Source of the DNA: a virus
IMG/VR virus record: IMGVR_UViG_3300025325_000001
Strand: one strand, 5' to 3'
DNA length: 64,000 nucleotides
Position numbers and translations under genes: made by a program. This document shows positions 8,184 through 15,386 of this stretch, in pieces; the first letter of the stretch is position 1; every line of letters begins with the position of its first letter. The notes below the pieces were generated by a model. That model saw nothing but the letters and a program-made list of their open reading frames with translations. It had not been told where the DNA came from and ran no database searches.

Positions 8184-8687
8184 TTATCCAGCTTTAAGAG
8201 TAGCCGTGACCTTTTCCGTGTCTCCGTTAGCAAAGGTTCTGGTTGCTGCGGTATCCGCAGCGAAGTACGGGTTGCCTGCGTTTAGAGTAGCTCCATCGGT
8301 CATAACCCAGGAGTTCGCACCGTTTATGTCAGGTGCTCCTGTAAATGCGCCGAACGTCACCTGGTCGGCGGTAGCAGACTGTCCGCCTGTTGCAAAGGTG
8401 TTATCAAACGTCGAAGCTTGCCAGTCGATACCGCCCTGCGCAATCGTGCGTGCAATCGTCTGCCGTGCATAACCATTGGCGGTTACTGCACCAATCTCGT
8501 TGATATTCGTCCCCGATACGGTTGCAGACCACACAGAGTCACGCGCATAGTCAGATGCGCCGCCTGACCCTACATTGGTAGCCGCAAGCCCCATCGTCCA
8601 CGAGGAAGGGGGTACAATCGTACCTGAGTTACCGAGAACGTAATCGGTAACTAGCTGTGACAGTCTTTGGAACGCAATTGTTGCCAC
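8184..8687 (-). CDS. hypothetical virion-associated protein (167 aa)
   Basis: ORF 8184..8780 trimmed to GTG 8687, one nt after the TAA of the upstream gene, with AAGGA upstream. The longer N-terminal extension is Arg/His-rich and overlaps 8689..9126. Confidence 0.7.
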   Translation of the reverse strand: MATIAFQRLSQLVTDYVLGNSGTIVPPSSWTMGLAATNVGSGGASDYARDSVWSATVSGTNINEIGAVTANGYARQTIARTIAQGGIDWQASTFDNTFATGGQSATADQVTFGAFTGAPDINGANSWVMTDGATLNAGNPYFAADTAATRTFANGDTEKVTATLKAG

Positions 8688-8688
8688 T

Positions 8689-9126
8689 TTACTCACCGTC
8701 CTTCGATGGTGATGCAGCCGCCTTCTCAATTGCATCTGCTTCAATAACCCTATCCTCTGGCATCTTGAAGTTGGAGTCATGCGGTGCTGATTCTCTTAGC
8801 ATTGGATGTGAAAGAGCGCGTACCTCTGAGGCAAGACGCCCCACAGAGACTACGCCATTGGGATCTTCTAGTGCTTTGACAAGATTTGGAAGTTCTTTTA
8901 GAAGCTCGTCTGCTGTCAATGCGTCTGCTGTGTTATAGTTGTCTGGGTGCTGGTCATAGACGTAAGCGGCCACAATTCTCTCCGCTGGATGACCTGTAGG
9001 GCCACCCTGTCCCCCCGCCTTAGCTCTGCGATGCTGCTCGCCTGCACCGCGTAGATATTCCTCGTCGTCCTTTGCATAGGCGACCGATGATCTTCCATTT
9101 TCGAAGATCGTCTCGTAAAATGGCAC
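8689..9126 (-). CDS. hypothetical protein (145 aa)
   Basis: ORF track. GTG start with GGGAGG 7 nt upstream. Confidence 0.7.
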   Translation of the reverse strand: MPFYETIFENGRSSVAYAKDDEEYLRGAGEQHRRAKAGGQGGPTGHPAERIVAAYVYDQHPDNYNTADALTADELLKELPNLVKALEDPNGVVSVGRLASEVRALSHPMLRESAPHDSNFKMPEDRVIEADAIEKAAASPSKDGE

Positions 9127-9129
9127 TAC

Positions 9130-9336
9130 TTACCTCCCTTTCCTATGTTCGCGCCTCAACCGATCTTCGTGAAGGCGTGCAAGATTAAGTTGGTCGATCG
9201 TCTTTTGAACCGCCTCTCTACTTTCAGCCACTATTCCGACGTTTCCAGACTTGCTCGCATGGAAGAAGAACTCATCGGTGCTAACCGAGTCTAGCATGCC
9301 TTCCCATACTGTTTTATTGTCTTGGTTAATGACCAT
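9130..9336 (-). CDS. hypothetical protein (68 aa)
   Basis: ORF track; operon context. Confidence 0.6.
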   Translation of the reverse strand: MVINQDNKTVWEGMLDSVSTDEFFFHASKSGNVGIVAESREAVQKTIDQLNLARLHEDRLRREHRKGR

Positions 9337-9346
9337 CTATGTCCTT

Positions 9347-9466
9347 CTAACCTAACCAGAGCCAGAAGAAAGCTCCGGCTAATGCCCATATGACGACAAT
9401 TGCCGCCACCGCTAAACCTAGCTTAAACTCTTCATAGGTAACCAACGGTTGCCAATCGCTACCCAT
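9347..9466 (-). CDS. small membrane protein (39 aa)
   Basis: Own translation MGSDWQPLVTYEEFKLGLAVAAIVVIWALAGAFFWLWLG has one clear TM helix. ATG overlaps the upstream stop (ATGGGTAG). Below ORF-track cutoff. Confidence 0.4.
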   Translation of the reverse strand: MGSDWQPLVTYEEFKLGLAVAAIVVIWALAGAFFWLWLG

Positions 9467-9845
9467 CTACGTCCTCCTGTGGTGCTCTCGGAGCGGTTGC
9501 GGCTGCATGAGCAACTTCCTCGCTCACTACCATATCCTGTATAGGATAGATGCCTAGAGGCACTAGTCGTATCGCTGCCTCAGGCGTCAAAAAGCATCCG
9601 CTCGCTCGCAACTTACGGCTTTCTGCATCGGAATGCCTCTTATTGTGAGTGTCGGCCCAATCTTTCAAAAGAATCTCTACAGCCCACTTTACTTCGGGGT
9701 CAGTAAGCCACTCGACGGCGCGGGCCAGTGGAGGCTGGAAGGAATCTCCGCAAATGCGGCAATGCCTTGCTGGTCTTTCGGGATTGTACTCTAGACCTTC
9801 GAGGCTCGACAGCCCAATAGGAGTGACCTCAAAGTAGAGACTCAC
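9459..9845 (-). CDS. hypothetical protein (128 aa)
   Basis: ORF track. Four-nt overlap with the upstream gene. Confidence 0.65.
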   Translation of the reverse strand: MSLYFEVTPIGLSSLEGLEYNPERPARHCRICGDSFQPPLARAVEWLTDPEVKWAVEILLKDWADTHNKRHSDAESRKLRASGCFLTPEAAIRLVPLGIYPIQDMVVSEEVAHAAATAPRAPQEDVDG

Positions 9846-10222
9846 TCCGTTGCGCTCTCATCATTAGTCTCTTCGAGCACTGGGGTGGCTTGTAGGCGCT
9901 TGAGAAGGGCCATAGCCTTGTCCTCTTCTGCGAGAGTAGGATCGCGGCCGAGCGTCTTGTCAATGATCGTCTGCGCGGCCTTAAGGCGTACCGACTCAGA
10001 TGAGGCCATCGTGCAAAGTTCTACGAGGGTCTTGACCGCATACGGCAATGCCTGTGTGAGCATCTCGCGAGTCTTCTCAGCTTGAAGCTCACTTACGGCA
10101 TTATCCTCTAGCAGAGAGTTATTGCCAAGAAAGTCATTTAGTTTTTCGAAGTTTTGATTGTATTCCTCTAACTTGCGCTGAAGATCATCAGGCAAGTCAC
10201 TGCCCATTGGAACCATATCCAT
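9842..10222 (-). CDS. helical acidic protein (126 aa), first gene of the leftward operon; weak small-terminase-like resemblance
   Basis: ORF track. The segment AVKTLVELCTMASSESVRLKAAQTIIDKTLGR resembles helical repeats I recall in some small-terminase-annotated phage proteins. This is not a secure assignment. Confidence 0.7.
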   Translation of the reverse strand: MDMVPMGSDLPDDLQRKLEEYNQNFEKLNDFLGNNSLLEDNAVSELQAEKTREMLTQALPYAVKTLVELCTMASSESVRLKAAQTIIDKTLGRDPTLAEEDKAMALLKRLQATPVLEETNDESATE

Positions 10223-10305
10223 ATCGTCTCTCTTTTCGTAAGAATAGAGCGCCGATCTACTAGTCGCGCAGGATAGCTGTCAACGGGGTTAGTAACGGCC
10301 GCCAC

Positions 10306-10343
10306 TTGACAAGTTGTGCAAGGTCTATTGTTGTCAAAAGTGG
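10306..10343. promoter_or_regulatory. imperfect palindrome carrying TTGACA on both strands (possible divergent promoter or operator)
   Basis: ccaCTTGACAAgttgtgcaaggtctattgTTGTCAAaagtgg. No good -10 at 17 nt, but TATTGT lies 14 nt after the TTGACA. Confidence 0.3.
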
Positions 10344-10379
10344 CAACGAGCTATTTTAGAAATTGAGATAGGTATGGAC

Positions 10380-11060
10380 ACTCGAAGTCTGTTCGGGCAA
10401 CAGAGTGTTACAGTCCCTCGTTGGCGTGTGACAGCCGGCTGACGAGTTCGGGGTAGCTGCCGGCAGGGGTGACGGCTTGGGGTAGGGCTGACGGCGGGCA
10501 TACCCCGTAGTGGCGCTTGTAGTGCCCCGTAGGGGGATGCAAGCGTCCGGCATAGCTGCTACGCTCCGCGAGTGCTCAGCGAACGGGAGAGGCGCCTATA
10601 GAGAGGCGTAGGGGCATCGCCCCCTAACCACCTGCGAGCGATGCCACGCGACGCAGGCATAAACCCGATACGTGTCGGCAGAATCCGAACGCTGCTAAGA
10701 ACGGGCAACCGGCGGATACGTCATCGATGACTCGACCTACGGCCGCGAATAGCACAGCGAGCACCGTAACTATCGAGGGAGCACGCCTACCATCTGCGAC
10801 GACAGTGGCGGTATGCCCGCACAGTGTCGAACGAACAGCGCGAAGCGGTAGCGGTCTAGCGTGAGCGAAAGGTGACGCAAGCAAGGGGTCATACGCGAAA
10901 CGAGCAATCCTCGAAGCGACCGTAAGCCGTGAGCGAAGTGAGACACGTAGCAGCGGGAACGTCATAACGCCGAGTGTCGCGGGGGAGCCTATAGAGACGG
11001 TTCGGCGTGCTCGTCCCTGGTAAGGGGACAGTGTAAGCCTATGCGCACACACGAAAGGAA
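10380..11060. other. ORF-free GC-rich, purine-skewed (plus strand) block; candidate origin or large structured RNA
   Basis: No plus-strand ORF of 60 aa or more. Minus-strand ORFs are Arg/Ala/Pro-rich noise. GC is visibly above flanking DNA. Many short hairpins, including GGGGC-ATC-GCCCC at 10611 and the palindrome GTCATCGATGAC at 10720. Confidence 0.4.
10437..10510 (+). repeat. three degenerate iteron-like repeats (TGACG-N6-10-GGGGTAG / CCCCGTAG)
   Basis: GCTGACGAGTTCGGGGTAG, GGTGACGGCTTGGGGTAG and GCTGACGGCGGGCATACCCCGTAG occur in tandem. An AT-rich stretch lies upstream at 10351-10378. Confidence 0.4.
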
Positions 11061-11068
11061 CACACAGC

Positions 11069-11422
11069 ATGGCGTTTCTCACTGACATCGATCGTTCTAA
11101 CTACGTCGTCCACCCGTTCCGCACGAATGGCGAAACCCTCGCGGACTTCCGCGCGTTCGTCGCGGGGGACATGGCGCAGGCGTTCGTCCGCTGTTCGTCG
11201 CAATCGGCCAAGACTGCAATGCAGAGGGTCGCGGAGACGAACGGGTGGGAGAAATACCTTGGTAAGAAAGGCAAGAACCTCCGCAAGGCAACCTACTCGG
11301 CCGAAGGGTTTCACCGCGCGGTGACTAAGCTCGCGGAAAGTGGAATCGTCGTCACTCGTCTCGCGAATACGTCCGACGATTCCGACGTTATCTTCGAGCT
11401 ATCCCGCTCGACCGTTAGCTAA
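11069..11422 (+). CDS. hypothetical protein (117 aa), possible winged-helix DNA-binding C-terminus
   Basis: ORF track. GAAAGGAA upstream. Diverse composition despite high GC. FHRAVTKLAESGIVVTRL resembles a wHTH recognition region (weak). Confidence 0.65.
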   Translation: MAFLTDIDRSNYVVHPFRTNGETLADFRAFVAGDMAQAFVRCSSQSAKTAMQRVAETNGWEKYLGKKGKNLRKATYSAEGFHRAVTKLAESGIVVTRLANTSDDSDVIFELSRSTVS

Positions 11423-11552
11423 GCAACTACACACTCCGCGCATAGGCTCACAGTGTCCCCTAGCTAGGCGGAAAGGTGGTGAACCATGCCGCAGTATCCC
11501 TCGCAACAGTCGCGCGGGCTGTTACTGCTACTTGTGCTATGGACACGCGACT

Positions 11553-11804
11553 ATGGCTCGAAAGGCTAAGAGTCGCGGTAGGAACTTGCGCCGCACCGAA
11601 ACGCAAGCGGCGTTAGATACCGCGCGCTACGTATCAGGTGAACGTGGACGTTCGCCGGGAATGGAGCGGATTGCAATATCCGCGTCGGCGCCACGATTGC
11701 CGCGCAAGTTTCCGCGAACGCGTAAGACTCTCGCGGTCGTAGCACCGAACGGAGAACTAGCACACATGGTGACGTACTACGTAGACCCCGCATCGTTGCG
11801 ATAG
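11553..11804 (+). CDS. basic hypothetical protein (83 aa)
   Basis: Internal ATG of ORF 11340..11804 (MARKAKSRGRNLRR...). A 27-codon ORF with a better SD starts at 11486 and overlaps it. GC-rich region makes the call weak. Confidence 0.35.
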   Translation: MARKAKSRGRNLRRTETQAALDTARYVSGERGRSPGMERIAISASAPRLPRKFPRTRKTLAVVAPNGELAHMVTYYVDPASLR

Positions 11805-11914
11805 AAAACTTCTCGCGCATGGATTCTTCGCGCGGCAATACAAAGAGAGCGGAAACGCTCTTTTTGTTTGGCTGCGATCCAAAACCGAAATTTTTACGAA
11901 AGGGGGTGAGTAAG

Positions 11915-12115
11915 ATGACAACGCAGGAGTTGCAGTCGGAGTTCGAGCGGAAAAAGCACACGCTCGACGAGCTTGCAATGCAGGGTCTCATTACGCATGA
12001 AGCGTATGAGAGCCTGCTCGAACGTGTGAAGGACGAGACGTTCTTCGCAGTAAGTGTCCAGTGCGACATCGATGCACTACCCGTTACAGTCTTGCGGAAT
12101 GGACGGGCCTACTAG
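11915..12115 (+). CDS. hypothetical protein (66 aa)
   Basis: Internal ATG of ORF 11819..12115 with SD AAGGGGGTGAG 4 nt upstream (MTTQELQSEFERKK...). Confidence 0.55.
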   Translation: MTTQELQSEFERKKHTLDELAMQGLITHEAYESLLERVKDETFFAVSVQCDIDALPVTVLRNGRAY

Positions 12116-12131
12116 TAGAAAGGACGCCACA

Positions 12132-12407
12132 ATGGACGAAGTGACGCTCACGCAAGAGGAGGTCGCAGATATTGCGCTGGCGCTTAGCTATGACCAGCGA
12201 TATGCGAACTTCACAAATCTTGCGAACAAGCGCGCCGTACAGAAGGAGTGCAAGAGAATTGGACTCCGCACGTTTTCGCGAACGGCGCATGGTTCGCTGC
12301 TCGATCCGCGCTATACCGTCGAGGGACGAGACATTCCTGATCGCGGTCTAGCGAACGACTACAGGCACTACACTCCGAAGTTGTACGTCCTCGAAGTCGA
12401 GCGGTAA
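12132..12407 (+). CDS. hypothetical protein (91 aa)
   Basis: Internal ATG of ORF 12054..12407 (MDEVTLTQEEVADIAL...) with AAAGGA upstream. Confidence 0.6.
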   Translation: MDEVTLTQEEVADIALALSYDQRYANFTNLANKRAVQKECKRIGLRTFSRTAHGSLLDPRYTVEGRDIPDRGLANDYRHYTPKLYVLEVER

Positions 12408-12413
12408 GGAGGG

Positions 12414-12506
12414 ATGATGCAAAAACTGCTCGATATGTTCCGTTGCATTCTTTGCGGCGGGCCGCATCCGTACCGTTACTGCCCCCATAAGGAAAAGGAG
12501 GAATGA
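12414..12506 (+). CDS. 30-aa Cys-rich mini-protein
   Basis: Own translation MMQKLLDMFRCILCGGPHPYRYCPHKEKEE. SD AAGGAGGG upstream. Stop overlaps the next ATG (ATGA). Confidence 0.35.
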   Translation: MMQKLLDMFRCILCGGPHPYRYCPHKEKEE

Positions 12507-12679
12507 TGCATCTTTTCGAGCCAATCCAAGACGAAGGGAAGCTCGAAGCGGCAATCTTCAACGCTTCGAAGTTGCCGACCGCAAACGGAAGCATGATCGA
12601 AGCGTTTGCGAAGGCTCTCGAAGTCAAGAAACTGCAATCTGAGCCGATGGATGGCAACCTTCGCAAAGCTTTCTGTTGA
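12503..12679 (+). CDS. hypothetical protein (58 aa)
   Basis: Own translation MMHLFEPIQDEGKLEAAIFNASKLPTANGSMIEAFAKALEVKKLQSEPMDGNLRKAFC. SD AAGGAGG upstream. Below ORF-track cutoff. Confidence 0.45.
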   Translation: MMHLFEPIQDEGKLEAAIFNASKLPTANGSMIEAFAKALEVKKLQSEPMDGNLRKAFC

Positions 12680-12755
12680 ATCACGCAGGAAGTTTAGTGA
12701 TACATCGAGTTGCCTAGGCATGAGATTCGGTGTATCGCTATGTTTCCTGATCTTT

Positions 12756-12777
12756 ATGAATAGCGAGGGCTATTCAT
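12756..12777. terminator. hairpin between convergent genes
   Basis: ATGAATAGC-GAGG-GCTATTCAT: 9-bp perfect stem overlapping the stop of 12770..13060. Confidence 0.45.
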
Positions 12778-13060
12778 CTGGTGGTTTTCCGTATTTGGCT
12801 ATGGTTTCTTTTACCTGTTTGTCAAGTTCGGAGTCTCTAGCCTTTGTCAAGCCTTTTCGCTGTCTCCAGTGAAATGCGCGTTCGATGTAAAAGCCTGCGA
12901 TATTTTGTGGGCATTTTGAGGGAGATTGCCGAACGCGCAGGGCTATTGTTTTAAGCGCAGTTTCGAGCGTAGCCCTGTCCAACCATTCCTCGGTTATCTC
13001 TTCTCCTTCTTCATCAAGCCATATAACGTAAAATCCCTCGTAATCGGACTGTTGCAGCAT
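12770..13060 (-). CDS. hypothetical protein (96 aa), lone leftward gene inside the rightward block
   Basis: ORF track; protein-like composition (MLQQSDYEGFYVIWLDEEGEEITEEWLDRATLETALK...). Confidence 0.65.
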   Translation of the reverse strand: MLQQSDYEGFYVIWLDEEGEEITEEWLDRATLETALKTIALRVRQSPSKCPQNIAGFYIERAFHWRQRKGLTKARDSELDKQVKETIAKYGKPPDE

Positions 13061-13205
13061 TATCCATTCTCCTCTCGATAGGGGGTGTCATAGTATAACG
13101 TGATTCTCTCGGCCGATCACGTAACAGATTTACGGTTTGTTACTTAGCCTCGAAGCTCGGAGGAAACCCGATCCGCGTTTCTCCTGCTAACCTCCCCTTT
13201 CCTCT

Positions 13206-13250
13206 AAGTAACTAACTAACAACTACTACTACTAACTACTACTACGTACT
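13206..13250. repeat. simple-sequence tract (TAAC)n/(TAC)n
   Basis: aagtaactaactaacaactactactactaactactactacgtact gives stop codons in all plus-strand frames. Confidence 0.85.
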
Positions 13251-13514
13251 GTAGAGGCAATCTGAGTTTCGCAACAATTGACTAAAGTCACGGCATAGTT
13301 TTCCAATTAGTTTCTACCTGCAAAACGGCCGCTTTCACGTAGGCAAACGGAAACCTCGTTGCCTAGTTGAAAACGACCGACCGCAAACCCTTTATCCATG
13401 CGGGCCGTTCTTTAGACTTCCTTTACAATGCGTTCACGAGAACGGCTCTCATTATCGCCTAAGTAACGTTGCACCCGCAAGTGATTGCCTTCGCAGCAAA
13501 CGGAAAGTGCCCGT

Positions 13515-13543
13515 TTGGAAAACGAGCGGGATTCTTCTACAAT
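13515..13543 (+). promoter_or_regulatory. sigma70-like promoter TTGGAA-17-TACAAT
   Basis: -35 at 13515..13520, 17-nt spacer, -10 at 13538..13543, about 40 nt upstream of the SD/ATG at 13584. Confidence 0.45.
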
Positions 13544-13599
13544 CGGCAGGAACGCGAGGCGTTCGCAGAGAGGAGGTAAGCGTATGACGCTCGAACAGA

Positions 13600-13869
13600 T
13601 TGACGGTGCGATTGCAACAGTGCATATCGCATTGTCGATTGCTCGAAGAGACGGATTACCATTCCGTGTCTCTTCGCAGCGTGCTCTACAAACTCGGCTT
13701 CACAGAGATCGAAGCTGATGAGGTCATAGTCGACGTAGCAGCACGCGGTTTCGATTACTGCATCGACAGTATTATCCTTCACGGCGACGGACAAAGATGC
13801 CCAGGTTTCGCAACCTATTGGGGGCCGGATCAACTTCGCTCCCGACTCAACAGCATTAGGAGCCGATGA
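13600..13869 (+). CDS. hypothetical protein (up to 89 aa; start unresolved)
   Basis: ORF track (TTG start). The C-terminal two thirds are clearly protein-like (LRSVLYKLGFTEIEADEVIVDVAARGF) and the stop is coupled to the next ATG. The only strong SD serves ATG 13584 in another frame (see findings). Confidence 0.55.
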   Translation: MTVRLQQCISHCRLLEETDYHSVSLRSVLYKLGFTEIEADEVIVDVAARGFDYCIDSIILHGDGQRCPGFATYWGPDQLRSRLNSIRSR

Positions 13870-14057
13870 TGGAAATGTCCGAGAAGATCGAACTCGGAAA
13901 GATGATCGTACAGACCGCAGAGTTTTTCAATCAGCGCATTACACAGTTGATTGAGAACGCGGTTACTGAGGAGGGTGCCACTATGTCCTCGATGTTCTAC
14001 ACAACCGACGAAGAGTTGCGCGATGCAATACGCGCATACATCGGAAGGCACGCATGA
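13866..14057 (+). CDS. hypothetical protein (63 aa)
   Basis: ORF track. AGGAG upstream; ATGA coupling. Confidence 0.65.
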   Translation: MMEMSEKIELGKMIVQTAEFFNQRITQLIENAVTEEGATMSSMFYTTDEELRDAIRAYIGRHA

Positions 14058-14173
14058 AGCATCAACGTAAGACAAACCGGCCCATAGGTTTGTCAAAGAA
14101 AGCAATCCGCAAGATGGCAGCGAAAGCGAGGAAGGATGCGAGACTACTCCACGCTCAAGAAGCTTCGAGCGGG
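14054..14173 (+). CDS. 39-aa basic mini-protein
   Basis: Own translation MKHQRKTNRPIGLSKKAIRKMAAKARKDARLLHAQEASSG. ATGA coupling to the upstream stop. Overlaps the start of 14136..14390. Confidence 0.3.
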
Positions 14174-14390
14174 TGAGATCGTAGAAGTCGATGGGATCAG
14201 TCTTCGCATGATCGAAGGAGAAATCGAACCCGGAGATTTCTACGTCGGAGAAAGAAATCAGGGGGCGAAACTAGCAATCTGTCGCGAAGTGGTCTATAGC
14301 GGCGGATTTCCAGACTACATCCATGCCGAAGATCCCTACATCTATAGCTACGATTACAACGAGTGCGTGAAAGTCGAGGAGGCATGCTAA
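14136..14390 (+). CDS. hypothetical protein (84 aa)
   Basis: ORF track; purine-rich GAGGAAGG just upstream. Confidence 0.65.
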   Translation: MRDYSTLKKLRAGEIVEVDGISLRMIEGEIEPGDFYVGERNQGAKLAICREVVYSGGFPDYIHAEDPYIYSYDYNECVKVEEAC

Positions 14391-14602
14391 CGCTCAATGA
14401 AGCAAAGAATCTCCAACGCGGGGATATCCTCATCGACCGTCAGAACAAACGGTGGAAAGTGAACGGAATGGTCAAACTTTGGAAGCGTGATGCATCCCGC
14501 ATACGCATTCCATTGAAGCACGGACTTTACTCTTACGATGCAATAACCGGCGCGGATTTCGACCGCGAAGGAAACTGCGAACTGCTCACGAAGGAGGCAT
14601 GA
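14384..14602 (+). CDS. hypothetical protein (72 aa)
   Basis: Internal ATG of ORF 14363..14602 with GAGGAGG upstream (MLTLNEAKNLQRGD...). Confidence 0.65.
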   Translation: MLTLNEAKNLQRGDILIDRQNKRWKVNGMVKLWKRDASRIRIPLKHGLYSYDAITGADFDREGNCELLTKEA

Positions 14603-14790
14603 TGGACGACCCGGTTGGGCATCTTGCGGAGGTTTGGTACAACAATCCTAACCACGATCCTATCGACCGCGCCGGAGAACTTCTCGGAAAAGCGTTCGCT
14701 ACGTGGTGTGAACGGATCGCGAAAGACATTGAGGCTGGAGATTTCCAGCATCTTTGGCACATCTATTACGACCGCAACTACGCATCGTAA
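14599..14790 (+). CDS. hypothetical protein (63 aa)
   Basis: ORF track. AAGGAGG upstream; ATGA coupling. Confidence 0.65.
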   Translation: MMDDPVGHLAEVWYNNPNHDPIDRAGELLGKAFATWCERIAKDIEAGDFQHLWHIYYDRNYAS

Positions 14791-14798
14791 AACTTTAT

Positions 14799-14869
14799 GC
14801 GCCGCTGGTGTAACGGGAGCATACTAGGCTGTAACCCTACAGGACGAGGTTCAAATCCTCGGCGGCGCA
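14799..14869 (+). tRNA. tRNA, anticodon GTA by hand fold (Tyr), short variable loop, no encoded CCA
   Basis: Hand fold. Acceptor GCGCCGC/GCGGCGC (7 bp). D-arm GTGT-AACGGGA-GCAT. Anticodon arm CTAGG-CTGTAAC-CCTAC with one C-C mismatch. T-arm CGAGG-TTCAAAT-CCTCG. Discriminator A. Confidence 0.75.
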
Positions 14870-14923
14870 TTTGTGTAACTCACAATGAGTTGCCAATCTA
14901 CGCACAAAGAAAGGAGGGTAGAC

Positions 14924-15352
14924 ATGAAAGTCGTAGGTTATACGTATGACGCGGACACTCACTGTCCAGATTGCACGAAGGAATATGTCGAGAGCTTATC
15001 AATCAACGACGAGCCCGAATATTCCTGGGAGGAACTAGTCGAGAACGAAGTCGCAACGGATTCAGAGAACAATCCGATTCATCCGTTGTTCTATACGGAT
15101 GAAGCCGGAGATTCTCCCGACCACTGTTCGGATTGTGGCGCGTTCATCGACACGTCATGGACTGGCGAGACGATGAACTACGCAATCGAAGCACTCGCAG
15201 AGTACGCGCTGAACGGTGAAGGAAACACCGAAGCACTTGATGAATGGCGCAAAACGCTGTACTGGTGCGTCGGTGCTACAACCGTTCAAGAAGCTGCAAT
15301 CATAGCGTTCGACAACCGCAGAGAAGTAGAGAAGGATGCAACTACAGCTTGA
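14924..15352 (+). CDS. hypothetical Cys-containing protein (142 aa)
   Basis: Internal ATG of ORF 14885..15352 with AAGGAGGG 6 nt upstream (MKVVGYTYDADTHCPDC...CSDC). Confidence 0.7.
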   Translation: MKVVGYTYDADTHCPDCTKEYVESLSINDEPEYSWEELVENEVATDSENNPIHPLFYTDEAGDSPDHCSDCGAFIDTSWTGETMNYAIEALAEYALNGEGNTEALDEWRKTLYWCVGATTVQEAAIIAFDNRREVEKDATTA

Positions 15353-15386
15353 AATCCCAATCGTCACAACGTGGGGAAGGAGGAAA

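Noticed and set aside
8688-8780. N-terminal extension of ORF 8184..8780
   Set aside because: The extension (MTPTSRCQRIGLLKQMQLRRRLHHHRRT...) overlaps the 3' end of 8689..9126 and is Arg/His-rich. GTG 8687, right after the upstream stop and with an SD, is the better start.
9842-10222. Calling this gene a small terminase subunit
   Set aside because: Only a vague helical-repeat resemblance supports the call. There is no large terminase, portal or capsid gene nearby, so it is left as hypothetical with a comment.
10356-11088. Minus-strand ORFs 10356..10553 (65 aa) and 10624..11088 (154 aa) in the GC-rich divergent region
   Set aside because: The translations are dominated by Arg, Ala, Pro, Ser and Leu, as expected for random frames in GC-rich DNA. 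There is no SD, and the orientation conflicts with neighbouring operon logic. The region is treated as non-coding.
12211-12721. Minus-strand ORFs 12211..12684, 12348..12554 and 12476..12721
   Set aside because: They are antisense to a chain of SD-coupled plus-strand ORFs in a GC-rich stretch, and their composition is noise-like.
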